This document shows, in pieces, positions 38,901-53,800 of a DNA stretch of 64,000 nt. Every line of letters starts with the position of its first letter. Position 1 is the stretch's first letter. A program made the translations under genes and the position numbers. This DNA is from Auanema rhodensis. Its lineage: Eukaryota; Animalia; Nematoda. The notes under the pieces were generated by a model, which worked only from the letters and a program-made list of their open reading frames with translations, did not search any database and was not told the origin of the DNA. The stretch covers positions 19,282,001-19,346,000 of the forward strand of contig OZ059897.1 of NCBI GenBank assembly GCA_964057225.1. Reading direction: 5' to 3'.

Positions 38901-41900
38901 AACACAGATCGACGCAGCTTAAAAATCCGCATCGAATGCACTATACTACATTGAGAAACGCTTAATACAAAAATTAGTTATGATCGTTTGAAAAATGATG
39001 CATTAGTGTATGTTGAGTTTCCATGTACACTCAACATTGCTTCCAAAAACATTTTGACAAAAATTTTTTCGAAAAATTTCAAAATAATTTAGCAAAAAGT
39101 AGATGTTTTTAGATTTCTTTTTTCAAGGCAAAGACGATGGACAATGTTATTTAACGAAAAAATTAATTCTTCAGGGTGAAAATCGAGGATATAAGTGTAA
39201 ACTTATATCAGTTGATATCTCGGTGCATTTTTAAGCTAGCGCAAATCTGATAACACAGATCAACGCAGCTTAAAAATCCGCATCGAATGCACTATACTAC
39301 ATTGAGAAACGCTCAATACAAAAATTAGTTATGATCGTTTGAAAAATGATGCATTAGTGTATGTTGAGTTTCCATGTACACTCAACATTGCTTCCAAAAA
39401 CATTTTGACAAAAATTTTTTCGAAAAATTTCAAAATAATTTAGCAAAAAGTAGATGTTTTTAGATTCCTTTTTTTCAAGGCAAAGACGATGGACAATGTT
39501 ATTTAACGAAAAAATTAATTCTTCAGGGTGAAAATCGAGGATATAAGTGTAAACTTATATCAGTTGATATCTCGGTGCATTTTTAAGCTAGCGCAAATCT
39601 GATAACACAGATCGACGCAGCTTAAAAATCCGCATCGAATGCACTATACTACATTGAGAAACGCTTAATACAAAAATTAGTTATGATCGTTTGAAAAATG
39701 ATGCATTAGTGTATGTTGAGTTTCCATGTACACTCAACATTGCTTCCAAAAACATTTTGACAAAAATTTTTTCGAAAAATTTCAAAATAATTTAGCAAAA
39801 AGTAGATGTTTTTAGATTCCTTTTTTCAAAGCAAAGACGATGGACAATGTTTTTCAACGAAAAAATTAATTCTTCAGGGTGAAAATCGAGGATATAAGTG
39901 TGAACTTATAACAGTTGATATCTCGGTACATTTTTAAGCTAGCGCAAATCTGATAACACAGATCGACGCAGCTTAAAAATCCGCATCGAATGCACTATAC
40001 TACATTGAGAAACGCTTAATACAAAAATTAGTTATGATCGTTTGAAAAATGATGCATTAGTGTATGTTGAGTTTCCATGTACACTCAACATTGCTTCCAA
40101 AAACATTTTGACAAAAATTTTTTCGAAAAATTTCAAAATAATTTAGCAAAAAGTAGATGTTTTTAGATTCCTTTTTTCAAGGCAAAGACGATGGACAATG
40201 TTATTTAACGAAAAAATTAATTCTTCAGGGTGAAAATCGAGGATATAAGTGTAAACTTATATCAGTTGATATCTCGGTGCATTTTTAAGCTAGCGCAAAT
40301 CTGATAACACAGATCAACGCAGCTTAAAAATCCGCATCGAATGCACTATACTACATTGAGAAACGCTCAATACAAAAATTAGTTATGATCGTTTGAAAAA
40401 TGATGCATTAGTGTATGTTGAGTTTCCATGTACACTCAACATTGCTTCCAAAAACATTTTGACAAAAATTTTTTCGAAAAATTTCAAAATAATTTAGCAA
40501 AAAGTAGATGTTTTTAGATTCCTTTTTTTCAAGGCAAAGACGATGGACAATGTTATTTAACGAAAAAATTAATTCTTCAGGGTGAAAATCGAGGATATAA
40601 GTGTAAACTTATATCAGTTGATATCTCGGTGCATTTTTAAGCTAGCGCAAATCTGATAACACAGATCGACGCAGCTTAAAATTCCGCATCGAATGCACTA
40701 TACTACATTGAGAAACGCTTAATACAAAAATTAGTTATGATCGTTTGAAAAATGATGCATTAGTGTATGTTGAGTTTCCATGTACACTCAACATTGCTTC
40801 CAAAAACATTTTGACAAAAATTTTTTCGAAAAATTTCAAAATAATTTAGCAAAAAGTAGATGTTTTTAGATTCCTTTTTTCAAGGCAAAGACGATGGACA
40901 ATGTTTTTCAACGAAAAAATTAATTCTTCAGGGTGAAAATCGAGGATATAAGTGTGAACTTATAACAGTTGATATCTCGGTACATTTTTAAGCTAGCGCA
41001 AATCTGATAACACAGATCGACGCAGCTTAAAAATCCGCATCGAATGCACTATACTACATTGAGAAACGCTTAATACAAAAATTAGTTATGATCGTTTGAA
41101 AAATGATGCATTAGTGTATGTTGAGTTTCCATGTACACTCAACATTGCTTCCAAAAACATTTTGACAAAAATTTTTTCGAAAAATTTCAAAATAATTTAG
41201 CAAAAAGTAGATGTTTTTAGATTCCTTTTTTCAAGGCAAAGACGATGGACAATGTTATTTAACGAAAAAATTAATTCTTCAGGGTGAAAATCGAGGATAT
41301 AAGTGTAAACTTATATCAGTTGATATCTCGGTGCATTTTTAAGCTAGCGCAAATCTGATAACACAGATCAACGCAGCTTAAAAATCCGCATCGAATGCAC
41401 TATACTACATTGAGAAACGCTCAATACAAAAATTAGTTATGATCGTTTGAAAAATGATGCATTAGTGTATGTTGAGTTTCCATGTACACTCAACATTGCT
41501 TCCAAAAACATTTTGACAAAAATTTTTTCGAAAAATTTCAAAATAATTTAGCAAAAAGTAGATGTTTTTAGATTCCTTTTTTCAAGGCAAAGACGATGGA
41601 CAATGTTATTTAACGAAAAAATTAATTCTTCAGGGTGAAAATCGAGGATATAAGTGTAAACTTATATCAGTTGATATCTCGGTGCATTTTTAAGCTAGCG
41701 CAAATCTGATAACACAGATCAACGCAGCTTAAAAATCCGCATCGAATGCACTATACTACATTGAGAAACGCTCAATACAAAAATTAGTTATGATCGTTTG
41801 AAAAATGATGCATTAGTGTATGTTGAGTTTCCATGTACACTCAACATTGCTTCCAAAAACATTTTGACAAAAATTTTTTCGAAAAATTTCAAAATAATTT

Positions 41901-44900
41901 AGCAAAAAGTAGATGTTTTTAGATTCCTTTTTTTCAAGGCAAAGACGATGGACAATGTTATTTAACGAAAAAATTAATTCTTCAGGGTGAAAATCGAGGA
42001 TATAAGTGTAAACTTATATCAGTTGATATCTCGGTGCATTTTTAAGCTAGCGCAAATCTGATAACACAGATCGACGCAGCTTAAAAATCCGCATCGAATG
42101 CACTATACTACATTGAGAAACGCTTAATACAAAAATTAGTTATGATCGTTTGAAAAATGATGCATTAGTGTATGTTGAGTTTCCATGTACACTCAACATT
42201 GCTTCCAAAAACATTTTGACAAAAATTTTTTCGAAAAATTTCAAAATAATTTAGCAAAAAGTAGATGTTTTTAGATTCCTTTTTTCAAGGCAAAGACGAT
42301 GGACAATGTTTTTCAACGAAAAAATTAATTCTTCAGGGTGAAAATCGAGGATATAAGTGTGAACTTATAACAGTTGATATCTCGGTACATTTTTAAGCTA
42401 GCGCAAATCTGATAACACAGATCGACGCAGCTTAAAAATCCGCATCGAATGCACTATACTACATTGAGAAACGCTTAATACAAAAATTAGTTATGATCGT
42501 TTGAAAAATGATGCATTAGTGTATGTTGAGTTTCCATGTACACTCAACATTGCTTCCAAAAACATTTTGACAAAAATTTTTTCGAAAAATTTCAAAATAA
42601 TTTAGCAAAAAGTAGATGTTTTTAGATTCCTTTTTTCAAGGCAAAGACGATGGACAATGTTATTTAACGAAAAAATTAATTCTTCAGGGTGAAAATCGAG
42701 GATATAAGTGTAAACTTATATCAGTTGATATCTCGGTGCATTTTTAAGCTAGCGCAAATCTGATAACACAGATCAACGCAGCTTAAAAATCCGCATCGAA
42801 TGCACTATACTACATTGAGAAACGCTCAATACAAAAATTAGTTATGATCGTTTGAAAAATGATGCATTAGTGTATGTTGAGTTTCCATGTACACTCAACA
42901 TTGCTTCCAAAAACATTTTGACAAAAATTTTTTCGAAAAATTTCAAAATAATTTAGCAAAAAGTAGATGTTTTTAGATTCCTTTTTTCAAGGCAAAGACG
43001 ATGGACAATGTTATTTAACGAAAAAATTAATTCTTCAGGGTGAAAATCGAGGATATAAGTGTAAACTTATATCAGTTGATATCTCGGTGCATTTTTAAGC
43101 TAGCGCAAATCTGATAACACAGATCGACGCAGCTTAAAAATCCGCATCGAATGCACTATACTACATTGAGAAACGCTCAATACAAAAATTAGTTATGATC
43201 GTTTGAAAAATGATGCATTAGTGTATGTTGAGTTTCCATGTACACTCAACATTGCTTCCAAAAACATTTTGACAAAAATTTTTTCGAAAAATTTCAAAAT
43301 AATTTAGCAAAAAGTAGATGTTTTTAGATTTCTTTTTTCAAGGCAAAGACGATGGACAATGTTATTTAACGAAAAAATTAATTCTTCAGGGTGAAAATCG
43401 AGGATATAAGTGTAAACTTATATCAGTTGATATCTCGGTGCATTTTTAAGCTAGCGCAAATCTGATAACACAGATCGACGCAGCTTAAAAATCCGCATCG
43501 AATGCACTATACTACATTGAGAAACGCTCAATACAAAAATTAGTTATGATCGTTTGAAAAATGATGCATTAGTGTATGTTGAGTTTCCATGTACACTCAA
43601 CATTGCTTCCAAAAACATTTTGACAAAAATTTTTTCGAAAAATTTCAAAATAATTTAGCAAAAAGTAGATGTTTTTAGATTCCTTTTTTCAAGGCAAAGA
43701 CGATGGACAATGTTATTTAACGAAAAAATTAATTCTTCAGGGTGAAAATCGAGGATATAAGTGTAAACTTATATCAGTTGATATCTCGGTGCATTTTTAA
43801 GCTAGCGCAAATCTGATAACACAGATCGACGCAGCTTAAAAATCCGCATCGAATGCACTATACTACATTGAGAAACGCTTAATACAAAAATTAGTTATGA
43901 TCGTTTGAAAAATGATGCATTAGTGTATGTTGAGTTTCCATGTACACTCAACATTGCTTCCAAAAACATTTTGACAAAAATTTTTTCGAAAAATTTCAAA
44001 ATAATTTAGCAAAAAGTAGATGTTTTTAGATTCCTTTTTTCAAGGCAAAGACGATGGACAATGTTTTTCAACGAAAAAATTAATTCTTCAGGGTGAAAAT
44101 CGAGGATATAAGTGTGAACTTATAACAGTTGATATCTCGGTACATTTTTAAGCTAGCGCAAATCTGATAACACAGATCGACGCAGCTTAAAAATCCGCAT
44201 CGAATGCACTATACTACATTGAGAAACGCTTAATACAAAAATTAGTTATGATCGTTTGAAAAATGATGCATTAGTGTATGTTGAGTTTCCATGTACACTC
44301 AACATTGCTTCCAAAAACATTTTGACAAAAATTTTTTCGAAAAATTTCAAAATAATTTAGCAAAAAGTAGATGTTTTTAGATTCCTTTTTTCAAGGCAAA
44401 GACGATGGACAATGTTATTTAACGAAAAAATTAATTCTTCAGGGTGAAAATCGAGGATATAAGTGTAAACTTATATCAGTTGATATCTCGGTGCATTTTT
44501 AAGCTAGCGCAAATCTGATAACACAGATCAACGCAGCTTAAAAATCCGCATCGAATGCACTATACTACATTGAGAAACGCTCAATACAAAAATTAGTTAT
44601 GATCGTTTGAAAAATGATGCATTAGTGTATGTTGAGTTTCCATGTACACTCAACATTGCTTCCAAAAACATTTTGACAAAAATTTTTTCGAAAAATTTCA
44701 AAATAATTTAGCAAAAAGTAGATGTTTTTAGATTCCTTTTTTCAAGGCAAAGACGATGGACAATGTTATTTAACGAAAAAATTAATTCTTCAGGGTGAAA
44801 ATCGAGGATATAAGTGTAAACTTATATCAGTTGATATCTCGGTGCATTTTTAAGCTAGCGCAAATCTGATAACACAGATCGACGCAGCTTAAAAATCCGC

Positions 44901-47900
44901 ATCGAATGCACTATACTACATTGAGAAACGCTCAATACAAAAATTAGTTATGATCGTTTGAAAAATGATGCATTAGTGTATGTTGAGTTTCCATGTACAC
45001 TCAACATTGCTTCCAAAAACATTTTGACAAAAATTTTTTCGAAAAATTTCAAAATAATTTAGCAAAAAGTAGATGTTTTTAGATTCCTTTTTTCAAGGCA
45101 AAGACGATGGACAATGTTATTTAACGAAAAAATTAATTCTTCAGGGTGAAAATCGAGGATATAAGTGTAAACATATATCAGTTGATATCTCGGTGCATTT
45201 TTAAGCTAGCGCAAATCTGATAACACAGATCGACGCAGCTTAAAAATCCGCATCGAATGCACTATACTACATTGAGAAACGCTTAATACAAAAATTAGTT
45301 ATGATCGTTTGAAAAATGATGCATTAGTGTATGTTGAGTTTCCATGTACACTCAACATTGCTTCCAAAAACATTTTGACAAAAATTTTTTCGAAAAATTT
45401 CAAAATAATTTAGCAAAAAGTAGATGTTTTTAGATTCCTTTTTTCAAGGCAAAGACGATGGACAATGTTATTCAACGAAAAAATTAATTCTTCAGGGTGA
45501 AAATCGAGGATATAAGTGTGAACTTATAACAGTTGATATCTCGGTACATTTTTAAGCTAGCGCAAATCTGATAACACAGATCGACGCAGCTTAAAAATCC
45601 GCATCGAATGCACTATACTACATTGAGAAACGCTTAATACAAAAATTAGTTATGATCGTTTGAAAAATGATGCATTAGTGTTTGTTGAGTTTCCATGTAC
45701 ACTCAACATTGCTTCCAAAAACATTTTGACAAAAATTTTTTCGAAAAATTTCAAAATAATTTAGCAAAAAGTAGATGTTTTTAGATTCCTTTTTTCAAGG
45801 CAAAGACGATGGACAATGTTATTCAACGAAAAAATTAATTCTTCAGGGTGAAAATCGAGGATATAAGTGTGAACTTATAACAGTTGATATCTCGGTACAT
45901 TTTTAAGCTAGCGCAAATCTGATAACACAGATCGACGCAGCTTAAAAATCCGCATCGAATGCACTATACTACATTGAGAAACGCTTAATACAAAAATTAG
46001 TTATGATCGTTTGAAAAATGATGCATTAGTGTATGTTGAGTTTCCATGTACACTCAACATTGCTTCCAAAAACATTTTGACAAAAATTTTTTCGAAAAAT
46101 TTCAAAATAATTTAGCAAAAAGTAGATGTTTTTAGATTCCTTTTTTCAAGGCAAAGACGATGGACAATGTTATTTAACGAAAAAATTAATTCTTCAGGGT
46201 GAAAATCGAGGATATATGTGTAAACTTATATCAGTTGATATCTCGGTGCATTTTTAAGCTAGCGCAAATCTGATAACACAGATCGACGCAGCTTAAAAAT
46301 CCGCATCGAATGCACTATACTACATTGAGAAACGCTCAATACAAAAATTAGTTATGATCGTTTGAAAAATGATGCATTAGTGTATGTTGAGTTTCCATGT
46401 ACACTCAACATTGCTTCCAAAAACATTTTGACAAAAATTTTTTCGAAAAATTTCAAAATAATTTAGCAAAAAGTGGATGTTTTTAGATTCCTTTTTTCAA
46501 GGCAAAGACGATGGACAATGTTATTTAACGAAAAAATTAATTCTTCAGGGTGAAAATCGAGGATATAAGTGTAAACTTATATCAGTTGATATCTCGGTGC
46601 ATTTTTAAGCTAGCGCAAATCTGATAACACAGATCGACGCAGCTTAAAAATCCGCATCGAATGCACTATACTACATTAAGAAACGCTTAATACAAAAATT
46701 AGTTATGATCGTTTGAAAAATGATGCATTAGTGTATGTTGAGTTTCCATGTACACTCAACATTGCTTCCAAAAACATTTTGACAAAAATTTTTTCGAAAA
46801 ATTTCAAAATAATTTAGCAAAAAGTAGATGTTTTTAGATTCCTTTTTTCAAGGCAAAGACGATGGACAATGTTATTTAACGAAAAAATTAATTCTTCAGG
46901 GTGAAAATCGAGGATATAAGTGTAAACTTATATCAGTTGATATCTCGGTGCATTTTTAAGCTAGCGCAAATCTGATAACACAGATCGACGCAGCTTAAAA
47001 ATCCGCATCGAACACTATACTACATTGAGAAACGCTTAATACAAAAATTAGTTATGATCGTTTGAAAAATGATGCATTAGTGTATGTTGAGTTTCCATGT
47101 ACACTCAACATTGCTTCCAAAAACATTTTGACAAAAATTTTTTCGAAAAATTTCAAAATAATTTAGCAAAAAGTAGATGTTTTTAGATTCCTTTTTTCAA
47201 GGCAAAGACGATGGACAATGTTATTCAACGAAAAAATTAATTCTTCAGGGTGAAAATCGAGGATATAAGTGTAAACTTATATCAGTTGATATCTCGGTGC
47301 ATTTTTAAGCTAGCGCAAATCTGATAACACAGATCGACGCAGCTTAAAAATCCGCATCGAATGCACTATACTACATTGAGAAACGCTTAATACAAAAATT
47401 AGTTATGATCGTTTGAAAAATGATGCATTAGTGTATGTTGAGTTTCCATGTACACTCAACATTGCTTCCAAAAACATTTTGACAAAAATTTTTTCGAAAA
47501 ATTTCAAAATAATTTAGCCAAAAGTAGATGTTTTTAGATTCCTTTTTTCAAGGCAAAGACGATGGACAATGTTATTCAACGAAAAAATTAATTCTTCAGG
47601 GTGAAAATCGAGGATATAAGTGTAAACTTATATCAGTTGATATCTCGGTGCATTTTTAAGCTAGCGCAAATCTGATAACACAGATCGACGCAGCTTAAAA
47701 ATCCGCATCGAATGCACTATACTACATTGAGAAACGCTTAATACAAAAATTAGTTATGATCGTTTGAAAAATGATGCATTAGTGTATGTTGAGTTTCCAT
47801 GTACACTCAACATTGCTTCCAAAAACATTTTGACAAAAATTTTTTCGAAAAATTTCAAAATAATTTAGCAAAAAGTAGATGTTTTTAGATTCCTTTTTTC

Positions 47901-48085
47901 AAGGCAAAGACGATGGACAATGTTATTCAACGAAAAAATTATTTCTTCAGGGTGAAAATCGAGGATATAAGTGTGAACTTATATCAGTTGATATCTCGGT
48001 GCATTTTTAAGCTAGCGCAAATCTGATAACACAGATCGACGCAGCTTAAAAATCCGCATCGAATGCACTATACTACATTGAGAAA

Positions 48086-50893
48086 CGCTTGATACAAAAA
48101 ATAGTTATGATCGTTTGAAAAATGATGCATTAGTGTATGTTGAGTTTCCATGTACACTCAACATTGCTTCCAAAAACATTTTGACAAAAATTTTTTCGAA
48201 AAATTTCAAGAGAATTTAGCAAAAAGTAGATGTTTTTAGATTCCATTTTTCAAGGCAAAGACGATAGACAATGTTATTCAACGAAAAAATTAATTCTTTA
48301 GGGTGAAAATCGAGGATATAAGTGTGAACTTATATCAGTTGATATTTCGGTGCATTTTTAAGCTAGCGCAAATCTGATAACACAGATCGACGCAGCTTAA
48401 AAATCCGCATCGAATGCACTATACTACATTGAGAAACGCTTAATACAAAAATTAGTTATGATCGTTTGAAAAATGATGCATTAGTGTATGTTGAGTTTCC
48501 ATGTACACTCAACATTGCTTCCAAAAACATTTTGACAAAAATTTTTTCGAAAAATTTCAAAATAATTTAGCAAAAAGTAGATGTTTTTAGATTCCTTTTT
48601 TCAAGGCAAAGACGATGGACAATGTTTTTCAACGAAAAAATTAATTCTTCAGGGTGAAAATCGAGGATATAAGTGTGAACTTATAACAGTTGATATCTCG
48701 GTACATTTTTAAGCTAGCGCAAATCTGATAACACAGATCGACGCAGCTTAAAAATCCGCATCGAATGCACTATACTACATTGAGAAACGCTTAATACAAA
48801 AATTAGTTATGATCGTTTGAAAAATGATGCATTAGTGTATGTTGAGTTTCCATGTACACTCAACATTGCTTCCAAAAACATTTTGACAAAAATTTTTTCG
48901 AAAAATTTCAAAATAATTTAGCAAAAAGTAGATGTTTTTAGATTCCTTTTTTCAAGGCAAAGACGATGGACAATGTTATTTAACGAAAAAATTAATTCTT
49001 CAGGGTGAAAATCGAGGATATAAGTGTAAACTTATATCAGTTGATATCTCGGTGCATTTTTAAGCTAGCGCAAATCTGATAACACAGATCAACGCAGCTT
49101 AAAAATCCGCATCGAATGCACTATACTACATTGAGAAACGCTCAATACAAAAATTAGTTATGATCGTTTGAAAAATGATGCATTAGTGTATGTTGAGTTT
49201 CCATGTACACTCAACATTGCTTCCAAAAACATTTTGACAAAAATTTTTTCGAAAAATTTCAAAATAATTTAGCAAAAAGTAGATGTTTTTAGATTCCTTT
49301 TTTCAAGGCAAAGACGATGGACAATGTTATTTAACGAAAAAATTAATTCTTCAGGGTGAAAATCGAGGATATAAGTGTAAACTTATATCAGTTGATATCT
49401 CGGTGCATTTTTAAGCTAGCGCAAATCTGATAACACAGATCGACGCAGCTTAAAAATCCGCATCGAATGCACTATACTACATTGAGAAACGCTTGATACA
49501 AAAAATAGTTATGATCGTTTGAAAAATGATGCATTAGTGTATGTTGAGTTTCCATGTACACTCAACATTGCTTCCAAAAACATTTTGACAAAAATTTTTT
49601 CGAAAAATTTCAAGAGAATTTAGCAAAAAGTAGATGTTTTTAGATTCCATTTTTCAAGGCAAAGACGATAGACAATGTTATTCAACGAAAAAATTAATTC
49701 TTTAGGGTGAAAATCGAGGATATAAGTGTGAACTTATATCAGTTGATATTTCGGTGCATTTTTAAGCTAGCGCAAATCTGATAACACAGATCGACGCAGC
49801 TTAAAAATCCGCATCGAATGCACTATACTACATTGAGAAACGCTTAATACAAAAATTAGTTATGATCGTTTGAAAAATGATGCATTAGTGTATGTTGAGT
49901 TTCCATGTACACTCAACATTGCTTCCAAAAACATTTTGACAAAACTTTTTTCGAAAAATTTCAAAATAATTTAGCAAAAAGTAGATGTTTTTAGATTCCT
50001 TTTTTCAAGGCAAAGACGATGGACAATGTTTTTCAACGAAAAAATTAATTCTTCAGGGTGAAAATCGAGGATATAAGTGTGAACTTATAACAGTTGATAT
50101 CTCGGTACATTTTTAAGCTAGCGCAAATCTGATAACACAGATCGACGCAGCTTAAAAATCCGCATCGAATGCACTATACTACATTGAGAAACGCTTAATA
50201 CAAAAATTAGTTATGATCGTTTGAAAAATGATGCATTAGTGTATGTTGAGTTTCCATGTACACTCAACATTGCTTCCAAAAACATTTTGACAAAAATTTT
50301 TTCGAAAAATTTCAAAATAATTTAGCAAAAAGTAGATGTTTTTAGATTCCTTTTTTCAAGGCAAAGACGATGGACAATGTTATTTAACGAAAAAATTAAT
50401 TCTTCAGGGTGAAAATCGAGGATATAAGTGTAAACTTATATCAGTTGATATCTCGGTGCATTTTTAAGCTAGCGCAAATCTGATAACACAGATCAACGCA
50501 GCTTAAAAATCCGCATCGAATGCACTATACTACATTGAGAAACGCTCAATACAAAAATTAGTTATGATCGTTTGAAAAATGATGCATTAGTGTATGTTGA
50601 GTTTCCATGTACACTCAACATTGCTTCCAAAAACATTTTGACAAAAATTTTTTCGAAAAATTTCAAAATAATTTAGCAAAAAGTAGATGTTTTTAAATTC
50701 CTTTTTTCAAGGCAAAGACGATGGACAATGTTATTTAACGAAAAAATTAATTCTTCAGGGTGAAAATCGAGGATATAAGTGTAAACTTATATCAGTTGAT
50801 ATCTCGGTGCATTTTTAAGCTAGCGCAAATCTGATAACACAGATCGACGCAGCTTAAAAATCCGCATCGAATGCACTATACTACATTGAGAAA
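48086..50893. repeat. Tandem duplication of a 4-monomer unit (1404 bp x2)
   Basis: Divergent monomer D followed by X(A191T,T250A)-Y(G304A)-Z(T5C) starts at 48086 and again at 49490. Confidence 0.85.
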
Positions 50894-53800
50894 CGCTTAA
50901 TACAAAAATTAGTTATGATCGTTTGAAAAATGATGCATTAGAGTATGTTGAGTTTCCATGTACACTCAACATTGCTTCCAAAAACATTTTGACAAAAATT
51001 TTTTCGAAAAATTTCAAAATAATTTAGCAAAAAGTAGATGTTTTTAGATTCCTTTTTTCAAGGCAAAGACGATGGACAATGTTTTTCAACGAAAAAATTA
51101 ATTCTTCAGGGTGAAAATCGAGGATATAAGTGTGAACTTATAACAGTTGATATCTCGGTACATTTTTAAGCTAGCGCAAATCTGATAACACAGATCGACG
51201 CAGCTTAAAAATCCGCATCGAATGCACTATACTACATTGAGAAACGCTTAATACAAAAATTAGTTATGATCGTTTGAAAAATGATGCATTAGTGTATGTT
51301 GAGTTTCCATGTACACTCAACATTGCTTCCAAAAACATTTTGACAAAAATTTTTTCGAAAAATTTCAAAATAATTTAGCAAAAAGTAGATGTTTTTAGAT
51401 TCCTTTTTTCAAGGCAAAGACGATGGACAATGTTATTTAACGAAAAAATTAATTCTTCAGGGTGAAAATCGAGGATATAAGTGTAAACTTATATCAGTTG
51501 ATATCTCGGTGCATTTTTAAGCTAGCGCAAATCTGATAACACAGATCAACGCAGCTTAAAAATCCGCATCGAATGCACTATACTACATTGAGAAACGCTC
51601 AATACAAAAATCAGTTATGATCGTTTGAAAAATGATGCATTAGTGTATGTTGAGTTTCCATGTACACTCAACATTGCTTCCAAAAACATTTTGACAAAAA
51701 TTTTTTCGAAAAATTTCAAAATAATTTAGCAAAAAGTAGATGTTTTTAGATTCCTTTTTTCAAGGCAAAGACGATGGACAATGTTATTTAACGAAAAAAT
51801 TAATTCTTCAGGGTGAAAATCGAGGATATAAGTGTAAACTTATATCAGTTGATATCTCGGTGCATTTTTAAGCTAGCGCAAATCTGATAACACAGATCGA
51901 CGCAGCTTAAAAATCCGCATCGAATGCACTATACTACATTGAGAAACGCTCAATACAAAAATTAGTTATGATCGTTTGAAAAATGATGCATTAGTGTATG
52001 TTGAGTTTCCATGTACACTCAACATTGCTTCCAAAAACATTTTGACAAAAATTTTTTCGAAAAATTTCAAAATAATTTAGCAGAAAGTAGATGTTTTTAG
52101 ATTCCTTTTTTCAAGGCAAAGACGATGGACAATGTTATTTAACGAAAAAATTAATTCTTCAGGGTGAAAATCGAGGATATAAGTGTAAACTTATATCAGT
52201 TGATATCTCGGTGCATTTTTAAGCTAGCGCAAATCTGATAACACAGATCGACGCAGCTTAAAAATCCGCATCGAATGCACTATACTACATTGAGAAACGC
52301 TTAATACAAAAATTAGTTATGATCGTTTGAAAAATGATGCATTAGTGTTTGTTGAGTTTCCATGTACACTCAACATTGCTTCCAAAAACATTTTGACAAA
52401 AATTTTTTCGAAAAATTTCAAAATAATTTAGCAAAAAGTAGATGTTTTTAGATTCCTTTTTTCAAGGCAAAGACGATGGACAATGTTATTAAACGAAAAA
52501 ATTAATTCTTCAGGGTGAAAATCGAGGATATAAGTGTGAACTTATAACAGTTGATATCTCGGTACATTTTTAAGCTAGCGCAAATCTGATAACACAGATC
52601 GACGCAGCTTAAAAATCCGCATCGAATGCACTATACTACATTGAGAAACGCTTAATACAAAAATTAGTTATGATCGTTTGAAAAATGATGCATTAGTGTA
52701 TGTTGAGTTTCCATGTACACTCAACATTGCTTCCAAAAACATTTTGACAAAAATTTTTTCGAAAAATTTCAAAATAATTTAGCAAAAAGTAGATGTTTTT
52801 AGATTCCTTTTTTCAAGGCAAAGACGATGGACAATGTTATTTAACGAAAAAATTAATTCTTCAGGGTGAAAATCGAGGATATATGTGTAAACTTATATCA
52901 GTTGATATCTCGGTGCATTTTTAAGCTAGCGCAAATCTGATAACACAGATCGACGCAGCTTAAAAATCCGCATCGAATGCACTATACTACATTGAGAAAC
53001 GCTCAATACAAAAATTAGTTATGATCGTTTGAAAAATGATGCATTAGTGTATGTTGAGTTTCCATGTACACTCAACATTGCTTCCAAAAACATTTTGACA
53101 AAAATTTTTTCGAAAAATTTCAAAATAATTTAGCAAAAAGTAGATGTTTTTAGATTCCTTTTTTCAAGGCAAAGACGATGGACAATGTTATTTAACGAAA
53201 AAATTAATTCTTCAGGGTGAAAATCGAGGATATAAGTGTAAACTTATATCAGTTGATATCTCGGTGCATTTTTAAGCTAGCGCAAATCTGATAACACAGA
53301 TCGACGCAGCTTAAAAATCCGCATCGAATGCACTATACTACATTGAGAAACGCTTAATACAAAAATTAGTTATGATCGTTTGAAAAATGATGCATTAGTG
53401 TATGTTGAGTTTCCATGTACACTCAACATTGCTTCCAAAAACATTTTGACAAAATATTTTTCGAAAAATTTCAAAATAATTTAGCAAAAAGTAGATGTTT
53501 TTAGATTCCTTTTTTCAAGGCAAAGACGATGGACAATGTTATTCAACGAAAAAATTAATTCTTCAGGGTGAAAATCGAGGATATAAGTGTGAACTTATAT
53601 CAGTTGATATCTCGGTGCATTTTTAAGCTAGCGCAAATCTGATAACACAGATCGACGCAGCTTAAAAATCCGCATCGAATGCACTATACTACATTGAGAA
53701 ACGCTCAATACAAAAATTAGTTATGATCGTTTGAAAAATGATGCATTAGTGTATGTTGAGTTTCCATGTACACTCAACATTGCTTCCAAAAACATTTTGA

